Source of the DNA: Eledone cirrhosa
Taxonomy: Eukaryota
Length of the DNA: 64,000 nucleotides
Reading direction: 5' to 3'
Assembly (NCBI GenBank): GCA_964016885.1
Contig: OZ024742.1
Span: 201,376,001 to 201,440,000 of the forward strand
The notes below the pieces were generated by a model. The model was given only the letters and a program-made list of their open reading frames with translations. It did no database searches and was not told the DNA's origin. Positions within the stretch are counted from its first letter, which is position 1. Every line of letters starts with the position of its first letter. The position numbers and the translations under genes are program-made. Of the stretch, positions 1-12,566 are shown one piece after another.

Positions 1-37
1 AACGCATTTATCTGATGCTCTAACAGCTCTGCCAATA
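1..37 (-). mobile_element. Head of a tRNA-derived SINE cut by the window edge
   Basis: Reverse complement TTGGCAGAGCTGTTAGAGCATCAGATAAATGC resembles the head (TGGCAGTATCGGTAGAG) of the SINE copies elsewhere in the window. Confidence 0.5.
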
Positions 38-574
38 TATCAATTTATTTTTGCAGTAGTGGAAAGAAAATTAGAAATACGCAGAAGAAATCTATAAATC
101 CTTTTAACGACATTGAAGAAATAGTTTTCCTGGTAAGCCTTTTGATTAGACCCTTTCCAAAGAATGAAATCTCCAACATTCTGGTCCCCCCAACCCAAAT
201 GCCAAACTCAACGAAGCTTTGAAAGTAATAAATGAGCGATGCATTTCTGTGAAAATGTTTCATTAGGCGTTTGGGTTTTATCGGATAACTAGGCCTTTAT
301 ATGGTTGACCTAGCACGTCCCAATAGGAATCAAGTATACAATGTATCTATAGAGTCAAGACAAGAGTGTTTGGATTCCACTATCGGAGATGATTCAAACT
401 GTAGCTTATATAAAGTTGTTGCTATTTGTTGTTCATTATGTTGCAGCATTTGTTTAACCCTAGGTCAACCAGGCAAACATGATCGCACAAAAACATTTCA
501 GCATTTATGGGTAACTTTGACTGCATTACTTTATGACATGTTCATTTATTTGACCCATTGATAAAAAAGGATAA

Positions 575-865
575 AGACCCCTTCGGTCACGAATGAACAT
601 GGGATTTGCACCTAGGAAGTGTCCCATTGAGACACAAGTCCGGGCAAGTTACTTTGTGGAAAACCAGCTTTCACCCCATAGTTACCATTCTCCTCTCTCC
701 GTTCTCCGTGGCACTGATGTTGTCCAAGGGAAAAGTAATTACCAATGCAACTTAGCACCAACTGAGTAAACTGGAGCAACATGAAATAAAGAGACCCGAA
801 GCGGGAATCCAACTCACAACCTCACGATTTATAGACCAATGCTCTCACCACTAAGCCATACGCAT
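575..865 (-). mobile_element. tRNA-derived SINE, second family
   Basis: Minus strand begins GCGTATGGCTTAGTGGTGAGAGC...GAGTTGGATTCCC (Pol III A box and degenerate B box). A related head lies at ~56560-56620. Confidence 0.65.
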
Positions 866-2129
866 TGTTAACTATATATTTAATACTACACCCAGCCTTT
901 AGTTTTCAAATCACTTTCTAGAAATTGGAGTGATTAAGTAATATAACATAACATAATATCATCAGTTTTTATACAAAATAATGATGGATGCTTTTCAGAT
1001 AAATATAAACAATTAAAAATGACCAGCGTCGTATCGTAGCCCTAGGAGGACTTTCATGCAATTTAGTATCAAAAGAATCAAAATAATATAATCCGATTTA
1101 AAAGTGACTAGACTGCTGTTTTCAGCAGAACTAGCAACTGCGTAGGGGGTGATGCCGCTATAGCTCCTATTCAACGTATAACATAATTGTTTGTTTGCTG
1201 AATGAGAGAGAATTCATTTTTTCACAGTAAGCCCTACTGTTAATGGACATAATGATTATGGCCTCTGAATAAAATACGAGATAAGGCACAACATCGAGGT
1301 TTAGTATTTCGTTGGAATCAGATCACTGAAAAACATGAATAATGACGTTCTATGGTTCGACGATTGAATGTAATTTATGGAAGTGGTTGATCTTGTGATG
1401 TAAATCGTTGGTGTGTTGTGTCTGTGTGTGCTATACGGTTTAATCTTCATCTTCATCAACTTAATTAATCCTGAGAGCTTTTCGTTCGAATGTAATCAAG
1501 TTTCCTAAAGATACCAACATACGATGCATTCATCCAGAACAGGTGTATTTCATACTACAGAGCATTTGTGTATTGGAGATGCAACAACTCTCTTTTTATC
1601 AAGTCGTCCTAAAAATATCCACCGTGTTTTGTGTGCGATAATGTTGCAGATAATGCAATGTTATAATATTATTTGAATTCACATTTTATTACTGTATTGT
1701 TTATCATTGCTATGTTCTGTTATTTTCTTACGGCTGGGTTTACTTTCAGTAGATAAATAATAATCGATTTACCACCAGAATCTCGGATTATTCAAGAAAT
1801 GAACAAACCCAAACAATGGACTAGGCGTCATGCCACATGAATTTTACTATTTCAAAATAAGCACCGAGTTCTCCTTCATCACTTCTCTTTTAACTATCAT
1901 CACATGCAATGACGAAGGTGTCGATCACGACAGAATAAACTGGAAGTTACATTTACTCTAGTTTCGGAGGAAATCGGGACCACAAGAGCACAGATATATA
2001 ACTTACTGCATTTATCCCCCACGTCGAAACCATGACATTTAAACACAACATGCAGAGAGATAGTTTAATATCGAATATATCTGCTCAACTTTCTAGCGTT
2101 TTTTCCACTATTTAGTTTCTAATAATGTT

Positions 2130-2580
2130 TCTTCGGGAATGTTAAAGAATGTATACCACTAGCTCTAAGTAGCGGGGGAGTGGGGTGCTGGTTTCCAGGC
2201 CAAAATTCTCACCATAGAGGTTGGAGCCAGAAAGTCTCGTGGCAAATGTACTGGTAATCACATGAAACGCTCCCAATCTCTGGGTAAAAGAAAACGAAAG
2301 CCCTAACAGCAATAGCAGAGGCAGTGGAGAAGTGTTCTAGCTCTATATGATTGTGACGGAACAGAACCGATATCCAAACGACTAAAACGCCCTACTCAGA
2401 ACAATTCTCAAATATTGAAATAGTTTTTAGGCGTCAGCAGTTTTGCACCCAGGAGTCCTGACCAGGAAGCGGCCATAGCCCATAGCCCACTAGAATTAAA
2501 GAAATTAAGATCCAAAACACATGCATTGGTGCGGGTGCTTCTTCTATGAAAGGCTTTCTGATGTGTAACTTAACCTAGAG
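2130..2580 (+). pseudogene. Decayed 3' end of an RLE-type non-LTR retrotransposon (HERO/NeSL-like)
   Basis: Fragmentary translation GFQAKILTIEVGAR...KALTAIAEAVEKCSSSI matches the EVGxRG...AE..S.W C-terminus of restriction-like endonucleases. It contains stops and frameshifts. Confidence 0.45.
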
Positions 2581-3009
2581 TTTCTTAATAAATATATCAG
2601 TTCTCTTCCTCTAAATATACTGTTTGTGTTTAATCGAACGGAAATCAATACAGCCATGTAATTTCACCAACATCATCATATTGAATTCGGAAACTAAGCC
2701 ACGCAAATTATATTTTTGTTATTCTTATTGGTATTGTTACTGATTTATTCTGACTTGTATCAGATCGATACATCGACTAGATGTATTTACTGAGATGATC
2801 AATGACATATATCTTTTGATATTTATACATTGTCATTATTTCAGTGCATAACTAGTTTATCTGTTTTCTTTTTATATTTTTCTCTCTCAGATAATAAACA
2901 ATAAATTTACATTCTTAATTAAGCATGTCTCGCCATAAAATCTAACTGGTTTTTAGTTTCTGTGAAGAAAAAAGTTCCACCATTTTACCATTTTAACAAA
3001 CTGACGACT

Positions 3010-3147
<138 letters not shown>

Positions 3148-5045
3148 TATACAGTCGTGACGAAAGGAAAAAATAGGTATATTGTATCTATTATTCATTT
3201 TTATAATATTTTATATATATATATATATATTATATATATAATCGTATTCTTATGGGCCATGAGCGAATAATGAATTTTGAATGTGTGTGTGTGAGCGCTG
3301 GTTTGTGACTATCGAACAGGCTGGCCATATAAGACTCTTATGACGGAAAAATGAGACAGCATCAGTGCTGAGGCTTGAACTCCCACTTGCTCCATGCCAC
3401 ATGTCTGCTACATTATTTGGAATTCATCTCTCATTCTGGGTAATGATGCGAACACATAGCTAAATATACTAAATATAATTTCTGAGAAACCCCAAAACAA
3501 TATGTGTATAAAATTATATGCATACATACATCATTACATATAATTTGGTTAAATAATTACGTTAATTAGCTATTATTCGTAAACATGGCGAAATTGCTGT
3601 CTTCTTTACCTTTTCTACATAACACACAAACCGGGAATGATTGAAGCAAATTCCGCATCTTGTAAGTGTGATTGGCATGTTCCAGCCCGATAAGTTGAGC
3701 ATTCTACGGTTATAGGAAATTAACCAACATTAAACATGGATATGTAGGAAATGGATTATTATATTTAAAACATTCCGTCACCTTTTAATGTATCTTACAC
3801 CAAAATGATAATTGATGAAGTTGAAAGAGTTATACAAAGATTGAGATGGAAAGCTATGGTATTTGACGGACAGTTCTGATAAATTACTCACTCCTTATTA
3901 GCCAAAAACATAAGAATTCGCAAGACAATTTACTGATATATCAAAATTAGAGGAAGATGTAATTTTGCATGTCAGAAAAGCTTTACTTTTTGCCAAAGAC
4001 GAAACCTGGGTGAAAAAAATCAAACCTAGAAAATCCTGTTGATGTCTCAATAGGTTACTTCAATAGTGCCGACGTGTTTGGTTTAGTTGGCTTATTCCTC
4101 CTCCACACACTTAAAGAGAAATTCCCCAATCACACTATCGGTTTATACCGAGATGATGGATGGGCAGTCTTTCATACCACCAATGGCCTTGACAAATTTC
4201 GAAAACATTTGATGAAAACCTTCTCTAATCTAAACCTTCATGTTACAATATATACAAATCTAACTAATATAAACTACTTCCTCGATATCAATCTTGATTT
4301 ACTTACTGCATCTTTTAAAACTTATCATAAACATTATGAAAATCTAATATATATAAACAAATGATCATGCCACCCTCCCATAGTATTTAAAAACCTTGTC
4401 CCTAATATTAGTTGTAGGATATCAATCCCTTCTTCCTCTTAAGAAATATTCAATAAAGTAGCCGCTTATTTTAATAAGGCCCTAAAAAATAGCGGTTTCA
4501 ACGAACAAATTGTATATATACCTACTCTTACTAATACTGCTAAACATAATAATAGAAAAAGAAAAATATTTTCGCTTACACCATTTTCATTAGCAGTTAA
4601 AACTAACATAGGCAGAAAATTCCTCGAATTCTTAGATAAACATTTTCCTCAATAATATAGATACAATAACAATTTTAATGGAAATTTAATTAAGATTAGC
4701 TATTCTTGCAGTCCATCTATTAAATCCAAGATTACTAACGGGAATACGCATAGAGAAAATCCAGGATGTTCTTGCAGAAATGCAAAAGAATGTCCATTAC
4801 AGGGCAAATATAACATAAAATCCTTTGTATATGAGGCTAAAGTGACATCTGTGAACACCAAGCAGCCAGCCACCGGGGAGCGATATGTGAGTATGACGGC
4901 AGATAACTTCAAACAAAGATACTACGCACGTGTTGCCTCCTTCAGACACACAGAAAAAAAGAAAACTACGGAGCTGGCAAACAGAGTGTGGGAGATGAAA
5001 GAACGTAGGATTCCATATATAATTGATTGGTCTGCTTTAGACCAA

Positions 5046-5230
5046 GGGCGGTGGTTTGACAGTATCGGTAGAGCGTCAGACACCATGCTTTGCAGCATAG
5101 AGTTACGGCCCTCTGTGTTCTGAGTTCAAATCCACCGAGGTTAACTTTGCCTTTCATCCTTACGGGGTCGATAAAATAAAGTACCAGTGATGCACTGGGG
5201 TAATCGCTGGCCATGTGTCAAAAGTAGAAA
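5046..5230 (+). mobile_element. tRNA-derived SINE nested in the GIY-YIG region of PLE E
   Basis: GGGCGGTGG...GAGTTCAAATCC (B box)...TTTGCCTTTCATCCTTACGGGGTCGATAAAATAAAGTACCAG. The PLE peptide reads IIDWSALDQ before the insert and KEYQNDTKKCTLC after it. Confidence 0.9.
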
Positions 5231-5759
5231 AGAATATCAAAACGACACAAAGAAATGTACTTTATGCATAACCGAGAAATATAGAATCCTAGAAAACGTG
5301 AATTCTCCAAATACTTGTCTCAACTCTAAATCTGAGGTTTTAAAAGTTGAGATCACATCTTTCCTGTTGGAATAAACACATGAAATAGCATTTTACACTA
5401 ACTACCCTGAACTTATTTTCATTATGAACCTATACCTTTCACTATACCCCTAACACACAAACAGCACTGGCATATTTACCATGATTACATGCTTTTTGCT
5501 ATATCTATAACACTCACACATTGGCTATTCATATTTCTTTCAATATTTGTACTCAATAAGCAGCATTGAACCTTCTTTCTTTCTATTTGACGCACATATA
5601 TATAATTATACTTAATTATAATTTTCACACATGACTCTTACCAATTCTTAATTATAACACCGAGAACTCCTCTCTGCAAATATACTTAATATGTTCATAG
5701 ATACGTATGAATATTTTTGAGTGCTAATGTATATAGAGATTTTTTCTATGTATGAACTT

Positions 5760-6405
<646 letters not shown>

Positions 6406-6458
6406 TGCATAAACAAATACATTTATTTAGATTTTAGAAACTCTGCTTCATAGAATCG

Positions 6459-6555
6459 AGACGTATCCGAGGTTCTTGCGATTTCAGAGTCAAGTTCGAT
6501 CATTGCATCGATCGTGCCTCGAGCTGGTCGCCAGAGAAACGATTGTAATATGTCT
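6459..6555 (+). ncRNA. Degenerate type I hammerhead-like motif with a long stem II (pLTR of PLE E)
   Basis: Stem I AGACGTAT/ATATGTCT; altered core CCGAGGT; stem II TCTTGCGA/TCGCCAGA; GAAAC-GATT-GTA. Confidence 0.5.
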
Positions 6556-6597
6556 AATAAATTTTATTCGTCGCAACACTGATTCTCCCTTTCTTAT

Positions 6598-6639
<42 letters not shown>

Positions 6640-6852
6640 TATTTGGGGAGGGTCATATTTGCGTAATATTGCCAGAATTAATAACAGAACACACTCACTG
6701 TTTGGTTGGTTTTCGCTTCTCGCTGTCTTTTATATATATATATATCTGCGATCTAACTTACTCGGTCCTCAATGTTGCCATTGACTGACCGGCGGTCAAA
6801 AATAATACAGATACAATATAGACAAACACATATATATATAGTTTACATAATT

Positions 6853-6895
6853 TACATAAATCTTTCGTTGCACATCTGCAACATCGTCAGTGGTG
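6853..6895 (-). ncRNA. Hammerhead-like motif in the pLTR of PLE A (variant or decayed)
   Basis: Minus strand CA-CTGACGA-T-GTTGCA(GATG)TGCAAC-GAAA-GATTTA-TG. Same position as the motif in sister family B. Stem I is weak. Confidence 0.5.
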
Positions 6896-7166
6896 TTATA
6901 TTCATTGTTCCTCCTGTTGTGTTGTATGTCTACGCCATTTTTTTTGTTCAGTCTGTCTATATATTTATTTATTTATTTGCTTGTTTGTTTATCTTATTTT
7001 ATTTTGTCTTCTTTGCGCATGCGTTTGCGTGTGTGTATAGTGTTATGTGTGATGTGTGACTAGTGTGTATAGTGTTGTGTCTGCTGGGTGACTAGTGTGT
7101 GTTTATGTGCTTGTGTATGTATTTATTTATCTTATTTTATTTATTTTATTTAATTTACTTATTTAT

Positions 7167-10100
7167 TTATACTTCTCTTAGATCAGTGTTGTTTGTTTGG
7201 GTGTTGTTGTTGTTCCACTCATTCTTTCTGTTTAGCTTTGGTCTTCTAATTTCTATTTCACTGGCCTCTCTGATTTGCCTATCTGCTGGGTCATTCCTAT
7301 GTTTAGATATTATTCTAATTTCTATGTTGTCTATGTTACCGTCATGTTGTTGTCTAGCATGTTCGTATAGTACTGACCCGTTTTTTCGTCCTTTTAGTTC
7401 CCCCCAGTGTTGGTCTATCCTTTCACCTATGCTACGAGCTGTCTCACCTATGTATGTTGTTGTCGTGTTTCTGCAAGTACCCTCTGTACATCTTATGCTA
7501 TAGACTACGTTTCTAGTTTTACAGTTTATCCGGGGGTTCACCTTACATATGATACATTTCCTATTGGTACAGTGGGTTTTCTTAAAAGGGTAGGTTTTGC
7601 TGATCAGGGATTTTATGGTGGTTCCTGGCTTTTCTACCACCTTTATTTTTAAGTGGGTCTTTCTCAGGGCCTTTCTACACTGGTTAGCTAATTTCCCTCC
7701 AGGGGTGGCGTCCACAAACATGACACTCTGATATCTCTGGTTGTCGTACCATGATGTGGCCTTCCCTATCTTATGTCTAGCCCTATCTAAGCTATTCCAT
7801 GATTTGCTCCTGTATAGTGGGCAAATTCCTTTCATGTCCAGTTCTATGAGGGTCTTATACTTTTCCATGGCTCCTTCGTATACTCTGACTCTGTCTCTTT
7901 GGTTGTAGCCAGAGAACTGCATGCGGTTGATGAAGTGTTGGATGTGTCCTTCCATTTCTGTTGGGTCGCACATGCTGGACACATTCTTCATCACTCGTAC
8001 CAAATCTGCGATCAGAATATTAAACTTAGCACTACTGGACATTGCTGAGTTTTTGAGTATCAGGTATTTGGAGGCCATGGGTTTAGCATAGTGTGAGTGG
8101 AGAATTTGGGCTCTCTCGTCTATAGTGTTAATCCAGAGTTCTGTGTCTAATACAGGTAGTCTATTGTTAGGGTGTTTGGAAGGGAAGTCTATAGTTACAG
8201 TTATACTCTGGTGTATGGAATTAGCTATCTGCTGGATGCTTTCCATCGTGCTACGTTCTAAATCAAACTTGTTAGTGCTCTCTAGTGGGGGTGTTCTTAT
8301 AACTATATTGATATCGTCTACATAACGAGAGTACATGATGAGGTCTATGGAGCTTTCATTAAGGAGATCTTTAAGTCTCCTTTCCCACCATACCATGAAA
8401 AGGTTGGCAACATCACCAGCTATGCTGACGCCGATGGCTGCTCCCTCATTTTGGGTGTAGATTTTCTCATTGAACTTAAATATGTGGCCCTTTAGGGTAG
8501 TTTTGATACTAGCCCCTATTGCATGTGCGACCATTTTTCTTACCTGATCATTGTTTTGGGGGGTCCGTATAGCTTTGGTCCACCCAATCCACCTTCATAT
8601 GGGAGTCTTTTTAGCCATTGAGGTTATGGTGGGGGGTCTACCTCTTATAGGTCTACTAGGGCAGAAACATCTAAGGTCATGGCTGTCTAGGTAGTCAGTG
8701 TCGTAGGTAAGTCTAAGTAGGAGGCCCAGTTCGTCTGTGTCGACGTCGCAGAACTCCACCTCACTCTCAATGATCATCTCCACACATCTTTTCACAGCAA
8801 AATCAATGTTAATGGATGGGTACAGTGACACCACATCCATGCTGCCTATTATGCAGTTGGATAGGCTCCTGTTTTTGTTGCACTCACTGATTCTGCTGAG
8901 GAGGTCCTCTGTACTTTCACATACATCTGGGGACATCTTGATTATGGGGCGTATAACCATTGAGAGGAAGTAGGAGATCCTGTAGTTGCTAGCTATATTA
9001 GCTCCGCATACGGGTCTTGTTGGTGGTCCTGTTGTCGGGTCGTCGACTGTCTTGTGGTCTTTGCGGAGCCCATACAAGGGTGGTATGCCATTGTTAGACG
9101 CCTGGAAGTTGTTGGCAGTGCGTCTGCTTGGCTTTAGGATGTCAGTCCACAACATCATGTGAGCGTTGAGGATTTTTTCTCTCCCATCGTGTGTTAGTTG
9201 TGCAACTTCGCTCGTGTTGGCGATGTGGGGTTGCATTGCCTCGATGTAGTTCGGCATGCTATCTATTGACATCCTACCAGACTTATCTGTGGGTAGACAC
9301 ACTACCTCACCATCCCTTGTGCGCTGCTTGAGGCTAACCAAGCCTTCTACAGGTTTTATCCCAAGTTGTTGGGCCTCTGGTCTGCTCTGTCTCATAGTGT
9401 ACCTGTCTACTACTTGTCTAATCTTATTTCTAGCTATGGTGAACTGTGCCTCCGTCTCGTCATCTATTTGCTGTGGTATGCAAACTCTTTTATTAAAGGG
9501 TAACCTCGTAGGATAGATATTACCCATCTTATATGTTTTGTCAGCTGGGTTGAAAAATAGTTTCTCTAAGGGGTTGTCGTTATTTCTATCGTCATAGTTG
9601 TGTGTGTTGCTATTATTGTTATCATGGTGGTTGTTGTTGTTTCTATCATTAGCATTAATATTATTATTGTTATGATTGCTAGATGTATTGTTGTTTACTT
9701 CACCGTTATTGTTGTTGTTGTTACTGCTATTTCTACCATTGTGGTTGTTACTATTATTATGTTTCTTGTTTTTGTTGATGTTGCTACATGTACTATTTCC
9801 ATTATTACCACTGTGGTTATTGTTGTTGTTGTTGTTCGTATTGTTACCGTTATTACTACTGTGGTCACTGTTGCTGTGTCTGTGGTTAACGTTTCTATTA
9901 TTATTATTATTGTGGTTGTTGTTGTTCTGTCTATCGCTAGTATTATTACCATTATCACTATTTCTCACTTTCCTGCCATTGTTATGGTTATGGCTGTTAT
10001 TTCTATACCCAGAGTTATTGTTTATATTACTACTACCGTTATTATTGTTGTTGTTGTTTACCTTTGCATTCCAACGTATTTTTGTGAAACACTTTTCCAG

Positions 10101-10727
10101 CTCCGTTTTGCATTCCATAGGGTTAATCTTTTTGTAGATGGCAAATTTTGGTGGTAACTTTAGGATTTGTTGTTCTTGTTCACTGATTAAAGTGTTCCCA
10201 TAGATATTTACTGTGTGGTCATTGGTAAATTCTTCCGGTAGTTTTACATCACTCATACGGATGTTGTCGATGTTATCTGGGTATTTTTGAGAATATTCGA
10301 TTTTCCTTTCTTGTAGTTTTTTCTTATTCATCCATTCTAATTTCTTCTTGAAATGCCTACAGCATTCGTTTTGAGCATATTTCGTTTCGCGTCGGATGAC
10401 GCTCATGAAGTCATCTCTCTCGTTTGCTGTGATGAGATTTCGGATTTCCTTACCGTTGATGCGTTTTTGTCTGTAGAGTGCGTTGACTTTTGTGTATGTT
10501 GTTCTTTTCATATTAACTGTTATTGTGTGTTTTAGCCGTTCAGCTTGTGTTTTGTTCAATAATAAATTATTTACTTGTTTTGATATGTTTGTTGTGTATG
10601 TTTTGGAGGAAACACAGTGTTTTAAGAAGCGGATTTGTTCTGTTGTTATTGTAGTTTTTATATAACATATTACGCAAATATGACCCTCCCCAAATATAAC
10701 AATATCTGTTTCGACACACGATTTCAT
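7167..10727 (-). CDS. PLE RT/GIY-YIG polyprotein. The ORFs 8595-10727 and 7167-8534 are one frame separated by a single TGA at 8595-8597.
   Basis: PTDKSGR, LYGLRKDHK, PPTRPV, SMDVVSLYPSI, QNEGAAIG, YSRYVDD, LPVLD; CxxxxCxxC linker; NVVYSIRC..C..YIGETARSIGERIDQH..H..H (CCHH GIY-YIG). The frame reads through PI*RWIGWTKAIRTPQNNDQVRKMVAH. The first ~20 codons come from the inverted segment. Confidence 0.9.
9575..10058 (-). repeat. (AAC/AAT)n-rich tract encoding an Asn-rich region inside the PLE A ORF
   Basis: About 160 codons of N/S/H/G low complexity with no stop in the RT frame. Confidence 0.9.
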
Positions 10728-10759
10728 ATAAAAAACCTCGCAAAACTAATTCATCGCCG

Positions 10760-10796
<37 letters not shown>

Positions 10797-10832
10797 AATA
10801 ACCAAAGATTGCTTAGAAATACATCGTTTTAT

Positions 10833-10881
10833 TAACTAACAGTGTTTCATCCATACCCTATGGCAGGAATCATCAGAGCCT
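10833..10881 (-). ncRNA. Minimal type I hammerhead motif in a short pLTR-like fragment (~10795-10935)
   Basis: GGCT-CTGATGA-TTCC(TGCCATAGGGTAT)GGAT-GAAAC-ACT-GTT-AGTT. Confidence 0.6.
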
Positions 10882-11017
10882 ATAAACAAGAGTATATCAA
10901 TAGTCGCATGCTCCATCAAGCTGCGTCACGTATATGTGTGTGTAAACGTGTACGTATATTTGTGTATGCATGTAACTGTATGTATGGATGTGTATGTGTG
11001 TTTTCTATATATCTATC

Positions 11018-11089
<72 letters not shown>

Positions 11090-11405
11090 CATATATATAT
11101 ATATATATTTATGAAAACAAATAACGAAACGAAATTAAATTTCGTTTCGTTTATAACTCACTTTTGTATGACTGACGCTTAAACAATTAAGTTAAAAATG
11201 TACATCTACATATGTATACTGAAATACTAGTATGCATATGAATACACACACGTATACATATGTAGATGTACCAAGTCTTTCACTGGTTACTTTACTGTGA
11301 GTATCCAGCTATTCTGTATGTAAACACACAGACAAACCGGTTTTTAGAGTCATACTGGTTTTTGAGGAAACACCTTTCCTCTATTCTCCAGAAAGCCAGA
11401 CAAGT

Positions 11406-11450
11406 AATATTGAACTAGTTTCGTTGTTGTTACAACTCATCAGCAATATT
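11406..11450 (-). ncRNA. Type I hammerhead ribozyme, unit 1
   Basis: AATATTG-CTGATGA-GTTGT(AACA)ACAAC-GAAA-CTAG-TT-CAATATT: intact core, 7-bp stem I, 5-bp stem II, palindromic stem III. Confidence 0.92.
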
Positions 11451-11871
11451 TACCTATCTACCGGCCTTTCTGGAGAATCGTAAAAGCACATATCGTTATA
11501 TGCTTTTTCTATGAAAATTAGTAGTGGGCAGACTAATTTGCATAGAGTGTGAGTACGTACCGGTTCAACGGAGACGATAAAAACAAATAACGAAACGAAA
11601 TTAAATTTCGTTTCGTTTGTAACTCACTTTTGTATGACTGACGCTTAAACAATTAAGTTAAAAATGTACATCTACATATGTATACTGAAATACTAGTATG
11701 CATATGAATACACACACGTATACATATGTAGATGTACCAAGTCTTTCACTGGTTACTTTACTGTGAGTATCCAGCTATTCTGTATGTAAACACACAGACA
11801 AACCGGTTTTTAGAGTCATACTGGTTTTTGAGGAAACACCTTTCCTCTATTCTCCAGAAAGCCAGACAAGG

Positions 11872-11916
11872 AATATTGAACTAGTTTCGTTGTTGTTACA
11901 ACTCATCAGCAATATT
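11872..11916 (-). ncRNA. Type I hammerhead ribozyme, unit 2
   Basis: Identical to unit 1. Confidence 0.92.
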
Positions 11917-12055
11917 TACCTATCTACCGGCCTTTCTGGGGAATCGTAAAAGCACATATCGTTATATGCTTTTTCTATGAAAATTAGTAGTGGGCAGACT
12001 AATTTGCATAGAGTGTGAGTACGTACCGGTTCAACGAAAGGCCGGTAGATAGGTA

Positions 12056-12100
12056 AATATTGCTGATGAGTTGTAACAACAACGAAACTAGTTCAATATT
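12056..12100 (+). ncRNA. Type I hammerhead ribozyme, unit 3
   Basis: Identical motif on the plus strand. Confidence 0.92.
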
Positions 12101-12521
12101 CCTTGTCTGGCTTTCTGAAGAATAGAGGAAAGGTGTTTCCTCAAAAACCAGTATGACTCTAAAAACCGGTTTGTCTGTGTGTTTACATACAGAATAGCTG
12201 GATACTCACAGTAAAGTAACCAGTGAAAGACTTGGTACATCTACATATGTATACGTGTGTGTATTCATATGCATACTAGTATTTCAGTATAAATATGTAG
12301 ATGTACATTTTTAACTTAATTGTTTAAGCGTCAGTCATACAAAAGTGAGTTACAAACGAAACGAAATTTAATTTCGTTTCGTTATTTGTTTTTATCGTCT
12401 CCGTTGAACCGGTACGTACTCACACTCTATGCAAATTAGTCTGCCCACTACTAATTTTCATAGAAAAAGCATATAACGATATATGCTTTTACTATTCTCC
12501 AGAAAGGCCGGTAGATAGGTA

Positions 12522-12566
12522 AATATTGCTGATGAGTTGTAACAACAACGAAACTAGTTCAATATT
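12522..12566 (+). ncRNA. Type I hammerhead ribozyme, unit 4
   Basis: Identical motif on the plus strand. Confidence 0.92.

Larger units (their letters stand above)
6637..10760 (-). mobile_element. Near full-length Penelope-like element A with an inverted pLTR tail at its 5' end
   Basis: RT plus C-terminal GIY-YIG ORF. 6637-6669 is the reverse complement of 10668-10700. Both ends abut (TA)n. Confidence 0.92.

Noticed and set aside
10667-10727. N-terminus MKSCVETDIVIFGEGHICVIC of the 710-aa ORF
   Set aside because: It is the antisense reading of the inverted pLTR tail. The conserved sense peptide is MTLPKYNN.
6637-10760. Terminal inverted repeats suggesting a DNA transposon or DIRS element
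   Set aside because: There is no transposase or tyrosine recombinase. Arm lengths vary among copies, as expected for PLE inversions.
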